A DNA stretch of 64,000 nt from positions 1-64,000 of the IMG/VR virus record IMGVR_UViG_3300037963_005433; one strand, 5' to 3'. How positions within the stretch are numbered: the first letter of the stretch is position 1; each line of letters begins with the position of its first letter. Below the pieces are notes generated by a model. The model had not been told where the DNA came from and searched no databases. It worked only from the letters and a program-made list of their open reading frames with translations. A program made the translations under genes and the position numbers. Origin of the DNA: an uncultured virus (IMG/VR IMGVR_UViG_3300037963_005433). Lineage: Duplodnaviria; Heunggongvirae; Uroviricota; Caudoviricetes. This document shows positions 44,659 through 54,467 of this stretch, in pieces.

Positions 44659-45930
44659 TCAGCTTACCTCAGCCAGGTCCTTTTTCGTGCGCTTTGTCTT
44701 TTTCTTTTTCCTTTTCGATACTGTCTCCAGTTCCACGCCGTGATCGACCTCCTGTAGGACATCCTCAAAAATCCCACCAAATTGCGACGCGACTGTCTCC
44801 CACGCAAATTGCGTATCCGTAGCTCTCTGATAACAGAGTTCCGCAACCGCCTCACGTTTACCGGGGCTTTCGTAAAGTTCCGTAAGGAGTTCAGCCAGGT
44901 GGTCCCCCGACGGGCACGGCATTTCTCGGGCATAGTTCGTGTCTACATCGATGTGGTCACATCGGATCAGCTTGCCATAACCTTCAAAGATTTCTTTGCA
45001 AGATGTGTGGTTCGGGACGATTTGGGCGACCTTACATGCTGCATGTTCAAAGTTGACCAGTCCCCAGCCCTCACCCTTGCAGGTATTTACACCTACGTCA
45101 CAGGCGTTATAGATGCAGTTCAGCATGTCCACCTCGACGTTGGGCGGGTGATCCCCTTGGGATGTACGGATGATTCGACCGTTTGGATCGAGTCCCTGCT
45201 TCTTCATTTCCCGTGCGAAGACCGGCATGATGTCCCAGCCTTGGTCCTTGCCACCCATGTGTAAATACAGCTGAGCGTCCGGTTTGTCCTTGGCAAACTT
45301 GGCAAAAGCTTCGATTGTGATGTCGATACGCTTGCGGAACTGGTTCCGGTTACCGTTGAAAACGATGAAAATATCAGGATCTAGACCCAGTTGCTTTCGG
45401 GCTTCCTTCTTATCCATCGGATAGAACTGATCCGGCGTCATGCCATGAGGAATCACGGCAACAGGCTTGGTGATACCACCGGCAATAAATTCGTGTGCGC
45501 CGAACTCGGTGTAGGAGATGACGGCATCCCACTTGTTGGCTGTGTCGGACAGGCCACCGATCCAGTTGTAGGAGTCCATGGGGGCATAGCCCACGAACTT
45601 AAACTTCTTCTGCTCATGCAGGTCAGCAATCTGTTGGTATTGCTGGTTGATGATCCAAATATCGTTGATGGTGAAGACGATGTCGGGCTTCTCTCGCTCT
45701 ACGATCTCTCGAATCCGTTGCACGCCAAAGGGTTCCGTCTGATATCGGTTGGATGACGGGAACATTTTGTACCGGTCTTGTAACGGTGTTGGATCACCCC
45801 ACCAGTTATGACCGAGGACACAGATTTCGAATTTATCGTCAAGATGTTTGAGCACATTCTCAGTGACACGGGCAAACCCGGTCATGGCGACAATATCCCC
45901 ACACCACAAAAGCTTCGGTTTCTTACTCAT
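44659..45930 (-). CDS. Glycosyltransferase family 4 (GT-B)
   Basis: TGFARVT, NRNQFRKRID, YNACDVG..GEGWGL..FEHAAC. Confidence 0.88.
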   Translation of the reverse strand: MSKKPKLLWCGDIVAMTGFARVTENVLKHLDDKFEICVLGHNWWGDPTPLQDRYKMFPSSNRYQTEPFGVQRIREIVEREKPDIVFTINDIWIINQQYQQIADLHEQKKFKFVGYAPMDSYNWIGGLSDTANKWDAVISYTEFGAHEFIAGGITKPVAVIPHGMTPDQFYPMDKKEARKQLGLDPDIFIVFNGNRNQFRKRIDITIEAFAKFAKDKPDAQLYLHMGGKDQGWDIMPVFAREMKKQGLDPNGRIIRTSQGDHPPNVEVDMLNCIYNACDVGVNTCKGEGWGLVNFEHAACKVAQIVPNHTSCKEIFEGYGKLIRCDHIDVDTNYAREMPCPSGDHLAELLTELYESPGKREAVAELCYQRATDTQFAWETVASQFGGIFEDVLQEVDHGVELETVSKRKKKKTKRTKKDLAEVS

Positions 45931-45954
45931 TTAGCGGTAATATTCTCCACCCAA

Positions 45955-46314
45955 CTATACACAGTTTGAAGGAGTTATCGACCTTACAAGTTCTTTCTCC
46001 TCTACATTTTCAGCGGCAAGTCTATTTTTTAAATATTGTGCAGCTGCGTGAGTATCTGTTTCTTCTCCGCAGGTATAAAGATCGATAGCGCAGTAGCCGA
46101 TCTCAGGCCAGGTGTGGATTGAAGCGTGGGATTCGGCAAGGAGTGCCAAGACGGTCACCCCTTGTGGTTCGAATTTATTACTGATAATCCGCAAAACGTT
46201 AGCTTTTGCCATCCGTAATGCGGCTTCCAGTGCTTGCACCAGTAGCTGACGGTCATCCAGCACAATTTTGCTGCATCCGTACATGTCCAGAATCAGGTGC
46301 CGACCGTCGCTCAT
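45955..46314 (-). CDS. speD: S-adenosylmethionine decarboxylase proenzyme
   Basis: GRHLILDMYGC, FEPQGVT, LAESHASIHTWPE, DLYTCG. Confidence 0.95.
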   Translation of the reverse strand: MSDGRHLILDMYGCSKIVLDDRQLLVQALEAALRMAKANVLRIISNKFEPQGVTVLALLAESHASIHTWPEIGYCAIDLYTCGEETDTHAAAQYLKNRLAAENVEEKELVRSITPSNCV

Positions 46315-48938
46315 TCCTCTTCTCCTGAGTTGGGGTCGTGGTTTTTATCGATGATGTCGCCGTAGTGAACACGCCATTCATCTTTGTTTAGACCCACCTC
46401 GACGATAGAGGGAAACTTCTCATATTTCTGGTCAGATGAGCGGCAAGCCACGTTGACCACCCGCATTCCCCTACGATTCTTGAACTTGTAGACGTTGAGT
46501 TGAAGCTGGTGAACACAGATGTCCATCAGCAGGGATTCAAAACGACTGCGGCCCAGGATGTTGCTGTTGGACGATCGAGCAAATTCGCAGTAGCTGGCAT
46601 AGAGCCACTTGTCCCAATTGACGTAAATATTGGACGTACCCCCTGGGGAGTGCTTAGCCAATCCAATAGGAGTGGAGATGCCCGGATCAAAGATGAGGCA
46701 GTGCTCCATCCAGTCCATGATTTGGTTGGATTTCAGGATCTGTTCTCGGTGATGCTTGGCAAAGAAGTCAACTTTCTTGTTGGTTTCCATCAGGTATTCC
46801 CGCATCTCTGCCTCCGAGAGATCGAGGACCCAGTTCACCAATCCGGGAAGGAGTTCCGAAAAGTCACCGAAAGGATGACCTCTGTCATCCATATCAATAA
46901 GCGTACGCTGTTCTGCAGAGCTGCCGGTGAAAGGGCGATCGAAAGGAATGGTAAGCCGACGGCGAGCAAGACCAGAAGTGGGATCTGTCGTTTGAATCGG
47001 TTCATTGGCCGTGATCATGACCAGCCCGTTGAACTTAAACGGTTTCTGGGAACCTGACTGAAACTTGCGTTCGTTACGTATCAAATCCCGTCCGGTCAGT
47101 GCTTTCAGCACGGAGACTGATCCGCCGTAACGCTCCACATCATTGAAGAGCAGAAGCTTTTTCTTGTAGAGGTTTGCAGTTTCAAAACGGTTTTTCTCCA
47201 GGTGCTCCAGGGAGGAGATCATGGCGTTGTCATCACCCACCAAAGCGTGAGCGAGGTTGGAGTAGGTGGACTTACCTGACTTACCAGGACCAACAATTTC
47301 AACGAACTTTTGGACCTCGGAGTTACCCATTAGCACGGCACGGAGCCATGCACGAAGGACCTGCACACGGCCCCAGTTGCCGTCTTGAGCGTTCTTAAGC
47401 CACTTAATGATGGGTTCACAAGTAGCACTAGGATCGTACTCATAGGGGAGCTGCTGGGTCATATACATCTCCCGATCGAACGGCAGAAGCTCCTTGGATT
47501 CAACGTCCAAGATCCCGTTCGTGAAGAGAAGTTGGTCGTTACCTTCGTACCAATCTTCGAAAATAACACTGATGCGCAGCTGCTCCATCACGTCGTTGAT
47601 GAGGTTCATGCTGTAGCCATTCGGCAGCAGATCCTCTTTCACCATCTCAAATTTATTTTTGATCTCACCTTTGATTTCGATGTCCGAAAGCTGAGTCCAA
47701 AGACCTTTGCCTTTGTATTCGTAAAGGTAGAAGCAGCCTTGCGTTTGGCAGTAGCGCAGATTTCCTTTCCAAAGCTGAAGGACAACATCAGTTACGGCAT
47801 CCGATGAGGGGTTGCGCTTCTTGCTGTCCTTACCTTTCTTGTCGTTAATTATCGGTTGTGTCCAACCACCACGACTCATCGAGGGGAAAGGGAGATCTGT
47901 TGTGCTGACTGTTTTTTTCTTAGGACGTGTCTCTTGGCTTTCGATTTCAGCAAGCAGTTGTGCTGCATGTTCCAGCGTTACGTCATCAACGCCGAGTGCT
48001 TTGTAATCCTGGGATGGTTTCCACCCATGTTCTTGGGCGACATGGATCAGAGAACCGATGCCACGTCCACCTTCTTTGCTGAAGGAACGCCAACGACGAG
48101 CGCATTCACCATCCTTGTATTTTTCGGATTGATGAGACCAAGAATCCCACTGATCTAACAGCGATTCGTCCAGTGAATGGAGCGACTGACCAACGGTGAT
48201 CCAGATGTCGTAGTCATCGGCTGCCTCTGGGGGCATTGCCCACATGGCTTCAGCGGCCAGTTGGATGTCCCGTTCCAGGGAGATCTCAGCGTTAATCGCA
48301 AAGCCAGGGCCGACAATCCGAGTGGTTTCACTTGCCGGTACGCCTTGCTTGACGTTTTTATTGATGATGGCATTCAGCAGCCAATCCGGAAGTTCAGGTA
48401 GGTTGTCAACCCACTCGAAACCTTGGTTCTCAGCGGTGTAGTATCCTTCCGTCTCAGGGTGAAGGCCCATCACCACCCCTTGGTGGCGTTTCCACAGAAC
48501 CTCTAGTTTTTCCTTGTTCTCTTCTGCGTGCCAGGTGTATTTGTTCCTAACGAAATGCTTATGCTTTTCGCGGTCTAACTTGTATAGTTTCTTCTCGCGC
48601 CCCTCTTTACCACTAAGGACTGTCAGGGTGTTGGGCAGTGCAGTTGCGAAGTCTGTTCCAGCAACTTCTGCGATGAGTTTGTAAACACTTGGGCCATCGA
48701 TATCGACCCAAACCAAGCCATAAGGATGATTGTAGACAGGCCCACCCAGTACTCCGACGGCTTTACAGTGCCCGGTGAGCGTCTCCTCCTCAATTTCTCG
48801 TACGCTATAGGGGTTGTTCTGCCATCCCGAAATGTACGGGTCCTTATTGGCACCGAGCGGCGTGAGCGGCCAGTCGATCGGTAAATAGTCAAGGCGGATT
48901 TCTCCTGGTCGTAAGGACTGTGGTTGCTTATTTGCCAT
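46311..48938 (-). CDS. Prim-pol/PriCT-2/D5-like SF3 primase-helicase
   Basis: WVDID prim-pol motif, DYDIWITVGQSLH PriCT-2 motif, FTNGILD D5_N motif, Walker A GPGKSGKST. Confidence 0.92.
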   Translation of the reverse strand: MANKQPQSLRPGEIRLDYLPIDWPLTPLGANKDPYISGWQNNPYSVREIEEETLTGHCKAVGVLGGPVYNHPYGLVWVDIDGPSVYKLIAEVAGTDFATALPNTLTVLSGKEGREKKLYKLDREKHKHFVRNKYTWHAEENKEKLEVLWKRHQGVVMGLHPETEGYYTAENQGFEWVDNLPELPDWLLNAIINKNVKQGVPASETTRIVGPGFAINAEISLERDIQLAAEAMWAMPPEAADDYDIWITVGQSLHSLDESLLDQWDSWSHQSEKYKDGECARRWRSFSKEGGRGIGSLIHVAQEHGWKPSQDYKALGVDDVTLEHAAQLLAEIESQETRPKKKTVSTTDLPFPSMSRGGWTQPIINDKKGKDSKKRNPSSDAVTDVVLQLWKGNLRYCQTQGCFYLYEYKGKGLWTQLSDIEIKGEIKNKFEMVKEDLLPNGYSMNLINDVMEQLRISVIFEDWYEGNDQLLFTNGILDVESKELLPFDREMYMTQQLPYEYDPSATCEPIIKWLKNAQDGNWGRVQVLRAWLRAVLMGNSEVQKFVEIVGPGKSGKSTYSNLAHALVGDDNAMISSLEHLEKNRFETANLYKKKLLLFNDVERYGGSVSVLKALTGRDLIRNERKFQSGSQKPFKFNGLVMITANEPIQTTDPTSGLARRRLTIPFDRPFTGSSAEQRTLIDMDDRGHPFGDFSELLPGLVNWVLDLSEAEMREYLMETNKKVDFFAKHHREQILKSNQIMDWMEHCLIFDPGISTPIGLAKHSPGGTSNIYVNWDKWLYASYCEFARSSNSNILGRSRFESLLMDICVHQLQLNVYKFKNRRGMRVVNVACRSSDQKYEKFPSIVEVGLNKDEWRVHYGDIIDKNHDPNSGEEE

Positions 48939-48943
48939 TATTT

Positions 48944-49159
48944 TTATTCGTTAACTTCTACTTTAAAGTGCTTGTTTGCGAAACGTTCGTCGTTCAGCAA
49001 CATAAATGCATGCAAATGCATGGCTGTTGGAAGATGGAAACAGTCGCCTTCATTGGCCGCCTCCATATAATTTTTGAGCGCAGAAAGCCACTCACCCATA
49101 TGCACATGGATGTCCATGAGGGTCCCCAGTTGAGCGTCTCTATATCCTAGGCTGGTCAA
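48944..49159 (-). CDS. Small hypothetical protein
   Basis: Directly upstream of the primase gene; start uncertain. Confidence 0.55.
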   Translation of the reverse strand: MTSLGYRDAQLGTLMDIHVHMGEWLSALKNYMEAANEGDCFHLPTAMHLHAFMLLNDERFANKHFKVEVNE

Positions 49160-49239
49160 TCCTGGGTGAGATTAGGCATTTATTTAGATAACAAAGTCTC
49201 ATAAGTCTTGTGATAAGTATTTAAGTTTTGTAACTTTTC

Positions 49240-50094
49240 TTAGATCAAGTCGGGGTCATATACATTGCAGTTCTCGATTTGCTTGTAGTATTCCTCGACG
49301 ATTTTGTACCAATCTTCCCGCAGGATGTCCAAGAACCTCCGCGAGATCTTAAAAATCTGAGTGCGGACAGGCGTTGAGACCAGGATGGCAGCCTGCTGCA
49401 CCTTCATGTCCAGGGTCTGTTCGATGGCGATGTCGTATGCAGCCAGTTGCTTACAGGTTTTTTTGAACTTCATATGGCCGCCCAACAGGTCACGCCATTC
49501 TGGTGACCCCTTTTCCAAGTCTTTCGGCCAGCGTCGGCTGTAGGGTTTCACGCTGGTTTTCAAGTCAGCAAGCGTAAGTTTGCCATTGGCAACAGCAATG
49601 ATGTCAGGGGCACCGGCCCAGGCTCTCCCTTCGCTATCACTACCCCAAACCCGGGCAACTTCATCGGCACCCATCGTGAAGTCGAACTTATCTAGTACAG
49701 GGGATTCAGCCCAGAGAACTTCTTCGAATTGATCCAGGATTGGCGGCATACCTGCCCAGAAATCTTTGTATTCATCAGCGATCTCAGGGTTTTTATTTCC
49801 TTTGAGGTAGCACTCCATTCCGTAGTGAATGGCAGTACCACGCTCGGCAGCCTTCTCTTTTACACCTGGGTTGTTTTTAGACCACATCTCCAGCTTCCGT
49901 TTGTTTGCTTCGGATGCTGTCTCACCAATGATTGTTGTCACTGACGGAGCAGGGCCAGTGGGCAGTGGCGTGGTGTAGTGCCGCTTGCCATTAAGGGATA
50001 TTCGTGCGGCAGTCTTATTCAGACCACGCATACGAGTTTGTTTTTCCTCCTCGGATAGATTCCAGGGATCGTTGATATCTACCTGTTCAATCAT
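49240..50094 (-). CDS. PD-(D/E)XK exonuclease
   Basis: PSVTTII, RGTAIH, WAGAPD..LADLKTS, QLAAY. Confidence 0.88.
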   Translation of the reverse strand: MIEQVDINDPWNLSEEEKQTRMRGLNKTAARISLNGKRHYTTPLPTGPAPSVTTIIGETASEANKRKLEMWSKNNPGVKEKAAERGTAIHYGMECYLKGNKNPEIADEYKDFWAGMPPILDQFEEVLWAESPVLDKFDFTMGADEVARVWGSDSEGRAWAGAPDIIAVANGKLTLADLKTSVKPYSRRWPKDLEKGSPEWRDLLGGHMKFKKTCKQLAAYDIAIEQTLDMKVQQAAILVSTPVRTQIFKISRRFLDILREDWYKIVEEYYKQIENCNVYDPDLI

Positions 50095-50143
50095 TAGGTT
50101 ATGAAAACCTTTGTTAGATTATTGTAGGGGCAAACTAACAACA

Positions 50144-50254
50144 ATGAAAGGTTTTTACTTTGCCATATTTGGCATCTTAGGCGCGATTCTGCTCCTTGCA
50201 GGGGTTGACTTCTATTATTTGCTGCAGGATACCAATTCGATCTACCACAAATAA
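50144..50254 (+). CDS. 36-aa membrane peptide MKGFYFAIFGILGAILLLAG... (not in ORF track)
   Basis: Read by hand; single TM helix. Confidence 0.5.
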   Translation: MKGFYFAIFGILGAILLLAGVDFYYLLQDTNSIYHK

Positions 50255-50256
50255 CG

Positions 50257-50415
50257 ATGGTCAATTTAGTTAGATTTTATTTTGAAACAGACGAGGATTG
50301 CAGAACGGGCTGCTTTGACGGAAAGCCAGTTGAAGATGTGGAAGCAGATGCGGCAGATGATTTCGAACGTTATTTGATCGATCAGAATATTGACTATATT
50401 CGGATTGATCTGTAA
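50257..50415 (+). CDS. 52-aa acidic protein MVNLVRFYFETDEDC... (not in ORF track)
   Basis: Read by hand; fills the gap before the glycosyltransferase. Confidence 0.55.
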   Translation: MVNLVRFYFETDEDCRTGCFDGKPVEDVEADAADDFERYLIDQNIDYIRIDL

Positions 50416-50424
50416 GACCAAGCC

Positions 50425-51270
50425 GTGACCAAGACGATTGCATTTCTTACCTTATGGCGTGATAACGAGAAGATTTTAGATCGTTCTTTGTCTCAACTTG
50501 AGACTATGGAAGACGAGCTAATCCCCAAGGGGTACCGTTTTACCTACGCTTTTCTTGAGAATGACTCGAAAGATGAGACTGCAATAAGACTGTATAAGTG
50601 GTTGCGTGAGCGGCGCGGCTTCTTGATCTCAGAGCAGATTGATGCACCTAAATGGGGTAGTGTTGCACTAACCGAACGGACCCGATGGCTTGCCCGATAT
50701 CGCAACGTATGTTTAGCGGCGTTGGATTTCTGGAAGTATGACTACCTTGTTGTGGCTGATAGTGATGTTCACTTCAAGCCAGATCTACTGACACAGATGG
50801 TAGATCATCTTGATCAGAATCCTGACTGGGGAATGATCACGCCGAATACTGTGCAGAATGTTGCGGATCACGTTGGTGAAACTGATCTGCCTTCCTACTT
50901 CGACAGCTGGACGTTAATTGATAAACAGCAAATGCAAGGTATGACCTTTGCTGCCAATCCGTTCTTGTCTTCGCATGATCGTGAGGACTGGGAGAAAGGT
51001 CACCCGATCTCTGTGTATAGCGCCTTCGGTTCAATCGCCATGATTCGTGGTGAGATTCCTCAAGAATATGAGGTGCATTGGAACGCTGAAGTTGGCTGTG
51101 AACACACGGGTTTGTGTGAAGACATCACCAAAATCGGCTACGAAATTATCGTTGACCCCAAGTTACATGCAGAAATTATCCACGAGGAGCCGGTGATTCC
51201 CGACCCCGCCGTGGTGAAGATGCATCAGGATCGACTGAAGTTAGCCGAGGCCTCCACTTTGCTCGAGTAA
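50425..51270 (+). CDS. GT-A fold glycosyltransferase
   Basis: LENDSKDET, LARYRN, VADSD (DxD), SAFGS, CEH. Confidence 0.8.
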   Translation: MTKTIAFLTLWRDNEKILDRSLSQLETMEDELIPKGYRFTYAFLENDSKDETAIRLYKWLRERRGFLISEQIDAPKWGSVALTERTRWLARYRNVCLAALDFWKYDYLVVADSDVHFKPDLLTQMVDHLDQNPDWGMITPNTVQNVADHVGETDLPSYFDSWTLIDKQQMQGMTFAANPFLSSHDREDWEKGHPISVYSAFGSIAMIRGEIPQEYEVHWNAEVGCEHTGLCEDITKIGYEIIVDPKLHAEIIHEEPVIPDPAVVKMHQDRLKLAEASTLLE

Positions 51271-52281
51271 ATCGTGGTCGATCATCTCCTGGACAAGAGT
51301 TTCGAAGGTGTATTTGGGCAACCAACGCAGTTGTTTCAGTGCTTTTCGAGGATCACCCAGGAGAGTTTCGACTTCAGCGGGACGATAATACTGAGGACTT
51401 ACTCGGATAATTGCCTGTCCTAGTGTCCTGCTGTAACCTACTTCGTGCTCACGTTCACCTTGCCATTCAAGGTTTAAGTTGAGTCGATCCGCTGCAACTT
51501 CGCAGAATTGTCGCACACTGTGCTGCATACCCGTGGCGATCACATAATCTTCAGGCTTTTCTTGCTGCATCATGCGCCACATGGCATCCACATAATCGGA
51601 AGCATGCCCCCAATCTCGCTTGGCTTCTAGGTTTCCAAGTTCAATAAACTCTTTTTTCCCTTTTAAAATTTGCGCTAGACCCTGTGTGATCTTCTTCGTT
51701 ACGAAATTTTCACCACGAATTGGGCTTTCATGGTTGAAAAGGATGCCGTTACAACCAAATAAGTCGTAGCTTTCCCGGTAGTTGACGGTCAGCCAGTAGG
51801 AAAAAAGCTTGGCAACACCGTAAGGACTGCGTGGATAGAAGGGTGTCGCTTCATTTTGGGGACATTCTTGTACCTTACCGAACATTTCGGAGGTTGAAGC
51901 CTGGTAAAAACGAGGTGCATCACTACCCATTGACCGGCATGCTTCAAGGACATTCATCGGTCCAAGTGCATTTGCAGCCGCAGTGCTGACAGGGGATTGA
52001 AAACTGATCCCCACATGGCTTTGCGCTGCCAAGTTGTAGACCTCATCTGGCACGAAGTCGTGAACAATGCGTGTCAGTGACGGGGCGTCCGTTAGATCTG
52101 AATAGAAAAGTTCAATGCTTTCAGGGATTTTGCCACCGAAAACCCACTCTAATTTTTTTAATTGTCCAGGAACAGACGTACGTCTCAGAATACCGGCGAC
52201 GGTATAACCAATGTCGTAAAGCCTTTTTGCAAGATATGCGCCATCTTGTCCAGTGATTCCTGTGATTAAAGCTCGCGTCAT
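51241..52281 (-). CDS. gmd: GDP-mannose 4,6-dehydratase
   Basis: LITGITGQDGAYL, NLAAQSHV, QASTSE, PRSPYGVAK, RDWGHA. Confidence 0.95.
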   Translation of the reverse strand: MTRALITGITGQDGAYLAKRLYDIGYTVAGILRRTSVPGQLKKLEWVFGGKIPESIELFYSDLTDAPSLTRIVHDFVPDEVYNLAAQSHVGISFQSPVSTAAANALGPMNVLEACRSMGSDAPRFYQASTSEMFGKVQECPQNEATPFYPRSPYGVAKLFSYWLTVNYRESYDLFGCNGILFNHESPIRGENFVTKKITQGLAQILKGKKEFIELGNLEAKRDWGHASDYVDAMWRMMQQEKPEDYVIATGMQHSVRQFCEVAADRLNLNLEWQGEREHEVGYSRTLGQAIIRVSPQYYRPAEVETLLGDPRKALKQLRWLPKYTFETLVQEMIDHDLLEQSGGLG

Positions 52282-52368
52282 TGGCCCCCTATAGCGATAT
52301 TCTGTTGGCACATAATTCATACCAACTCACTTTTACAGCTAAAGTATAGCCGTAAGTGATAACGAGAC

Positions 52369-53541
52369 ATGAGATCTTTCAAGTGGCCTTTACAGCGCAA
52401 TACGATTGGGCTGCAAGAGCGTCTATCACAGATTAAATTTTGGGCAACTGCTGATCGTTTTACGAACGGACCTGAGGTACGTGCGTTTGAAAAAGAGTGG
52501 TCAGATTGGCAAGGATGTGAATACTCTCTTTATGTAGGCAACGGATCTGTTGCAAACTTTCTGCTGTTAGATGCGGTCAAAGAAAAATTTTTCCCCAAAC
52601 ACGAGAAGCTAACGATTTTTGCCCCAGCAATCAACTGGGCGACTAATATCTCGACGTTCTTTCAGCAACGTCATAACGTTTATTTCTACGACATTGACTA
52701 CAACAGTTATAGCCCGACCATCGAGTCAGCCACTGCCTTGGCAGAAAAAGGTATTAAGCCTGATGTGATTTATCTGACCCATGTCCTGGGCATTTCGAAT
52801 GATATGCAGCGTGTAAAAGATCTATGGCCTGGAGTCATGATCATTGAAGATTGCTGTGAGTCACACGGTGCTGTAGACCCTGGGACTGGAGCGAAAGTTG
52901 GAACAACAGGCATTGGTTCTACTTTTTCGTTTTACTTCGGCCATCACATGAACACGGTCGAAGGCGGAATGATCAGTGTCAATGACCGTGATTTGTATAA
53001 CCTGATGCGTGCCAAGCGGTCCCATGGTTTATCCCGTGAGATGTTGCCGCATCAACGCAACCTTGTTGAGCATGAATACAGCGATATCGATCCATCATTC
53101 CTGTTCCCCACTAAGGGTTACAACTTCCGAAACACTGAAAGCGGTGCAGTTCTTGGTCGAGTGCAGCTCAAAAAACTTGATGCGTGGAATAAGAAAAGGT
53201 CTGAGAACTACTACGCCTTCTGTATGCAGATGGCACCACAGCATTGGATTGAGCATGTAGCAACACCTGAGGGTAACTCTGCGATGACTTTGCCGTTTCA
53301 TTGTTGTACGGAACGACAGGCATCTCATCTGAAAAAAGAATTAAAGAAGTGTGGTGTTGAAACCAGGCCATTCTTGGTTGGAAATCTTTTGCTGCAACCG
53401 TTTATGAAGGGCTATACATCTCCGATTAAGTTGCCAAATACAGAAAGAATGCATACACATTCGTTCTACATTGGTAATAATCAGTTTGTTACACCCGCCG
53501 ATATTCGGGCATTGGCGCAGGAGTTGAAATGCGTATTCTGA
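52369..53541 (+). CDS. PLP-dependent DegT-family enzyme, ColD-like 3-dehydratase
   Basis: NGSVAN, EDCCESHG, FSFYFGHHMNTVEGGM (His at the Lys position), RSHG, GYNFR. Confidence 0.82.
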   Translation: MRSFKWPLQRNTIGLQERLSQIKFWATADRFTNGPEVRAFEKEWSDWQGCEYSLYVGNGSVANFLLLDAVKEKFFPKHEKLTIFAPAINWATNISTFFQQRHNVYFYDIDYNSYSPTIESATALAEKGIKPDVIYLTHVLGISNDMQRVKDLWPGVMIIEDCCESHGAVDPGTGAKVGTTGIGSTFSFYFGHHMNTVEGGMISVNDRDLYNLMRAKRSHGLSREMLPHQRNLVEHEYSDIDPSFLFPTKGYNFRNTESGAVLGRVQLKKLDAWNKKRSENYYAFCMQMAPQHWIEHVATPEGNSAMTLPFHCCTERQASHLKKELKKCGVETRPFLVGNLLLQPFMKGYTSPIKLPNTERMHTHSFYIGNNQFVTPADIRALAQELKCVF

Positions 53542-54254
53542 TTTGCAGCATCATCCGTAACCGTCGTCCTTATCTTTTTAATTGGAAGGACCTGATCCTC
53601 TGCTTGGCAGATGAGAACCCTGATATTTTCTTTGACCTGTCTGTTTACGAGAATGATTCAACCGATGGTACCGCCGAGTACTTGCACAGCATTCTTCCTG
53701 AGCTGCAGAAGGAACTTTATCAAGTAAGTATCACCTGTGAGAAGAATGATAAGCCGTACTTCCCCTCGGTGAAAGATGAAGATCGTGTAACGCTTTTAGC
53801 TGAAGCACGTAATCGGACCCTGGATCAGATGGATCTCGATGTGTACGACAAGATTGTTTTCATTGAACCGGACGTTGATTATGACCCGGATCTAATTAGT
53901 GAACTGTTCTACATGACGTCGGACATCTGTTCACCTTACAGTCTGCAGCCTGAGAATTACCCAAGTTTCCCGTGGATTTATGACTGCTGGGCAACCAGAG
54001 TCAAGATGACGGACGAAGAGTTTACTGGTCCCACGTTGTATGAAATGCCTCCTTGCTTAGAGGTCGATTCGACCTTCAATTGTTTCTGTGTGTATAAGGC
54101 TAAACCGTTCCAAGAAGGTGCCCGATTTTCAGGAATTAACCCTACAACCGGCACCTGGGACTGTGACACCACCAATATCTGTGCTGAGTTTGCGCAACGG
54201 GGATACGATCAAATCCATTTATACCGTATAGCTCTGACGCATAATGCCAACTGA
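53529..54254 (+). CDS. GT-A fold glycosyltransferase
   Basis: YENDSTDGT, LAEARN, EPDVDYD, YDCWATR, STFN; resembles 50425..51270. Confidence 0.78.
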   Translation: MRILICSIIRNRRPYLFNWKDLILCLADENPDIFFDLSVYENDSTDGTAEYLHSILPELQKELYQVSITCEKNDKPYFPSVKDEDRVTLLAEARNRTLDQMDLDVYDKIVFIEPDVDYDPDLISELFYMTSDICSPYSLQPENYPSFPWIYDCWATRVKMTDEEFTGPTLYEMPPCLEVDSTFNCFCVYKAKPFQEGARFSGINPTTGTWDCDTTNICAEFAQRGYDQIHLYRIALTHNAN

Positions 54255-54393
54255 AGAAGAACGCTGGGCAGAATTCAACCGAAAGCTGGCTCAGTTGATA
54301 CCAAATCCCCCTGCAAATTGGCGGGAGAAAGCTAAACCCTGCAAATATCAAGCCATTCTTGATGAAAGAAAGGCAAAGAAAACGTTAGAATGA
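54244..54393 (+). CDS. 49-aa protein MPTEEERWAEF... (not in ORF track)
   Basis: Read by hand; overlaps the upstream stop. Confidence 0.5.
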   Translation: MPTEEERWAEFNRKLAQLIPNPPANWREKAKPCKYQAILDERKAKKTLE

Positions 54394-54439
54394 AGACGCT
54401 CAAATGCAAACGTTTCCGAAAGCGGTTTAAGGAACTATG

Positions 54440-54467
54440 ATCCCGGCATGAGCACCCGGGATTTTTT
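54440..54467 (+). terminator. Rho-independent terminator abutting the next start codon
   Basis: ATCCCGG-9 nt-CCGGGAT followed by a T-run. Confidence 0.7.

Noticed and set aside
44449..44757. ORFs across the inverted-repeat locus
   Set aside because: They cross a terminator and repeat DNA and have no protein-like features.
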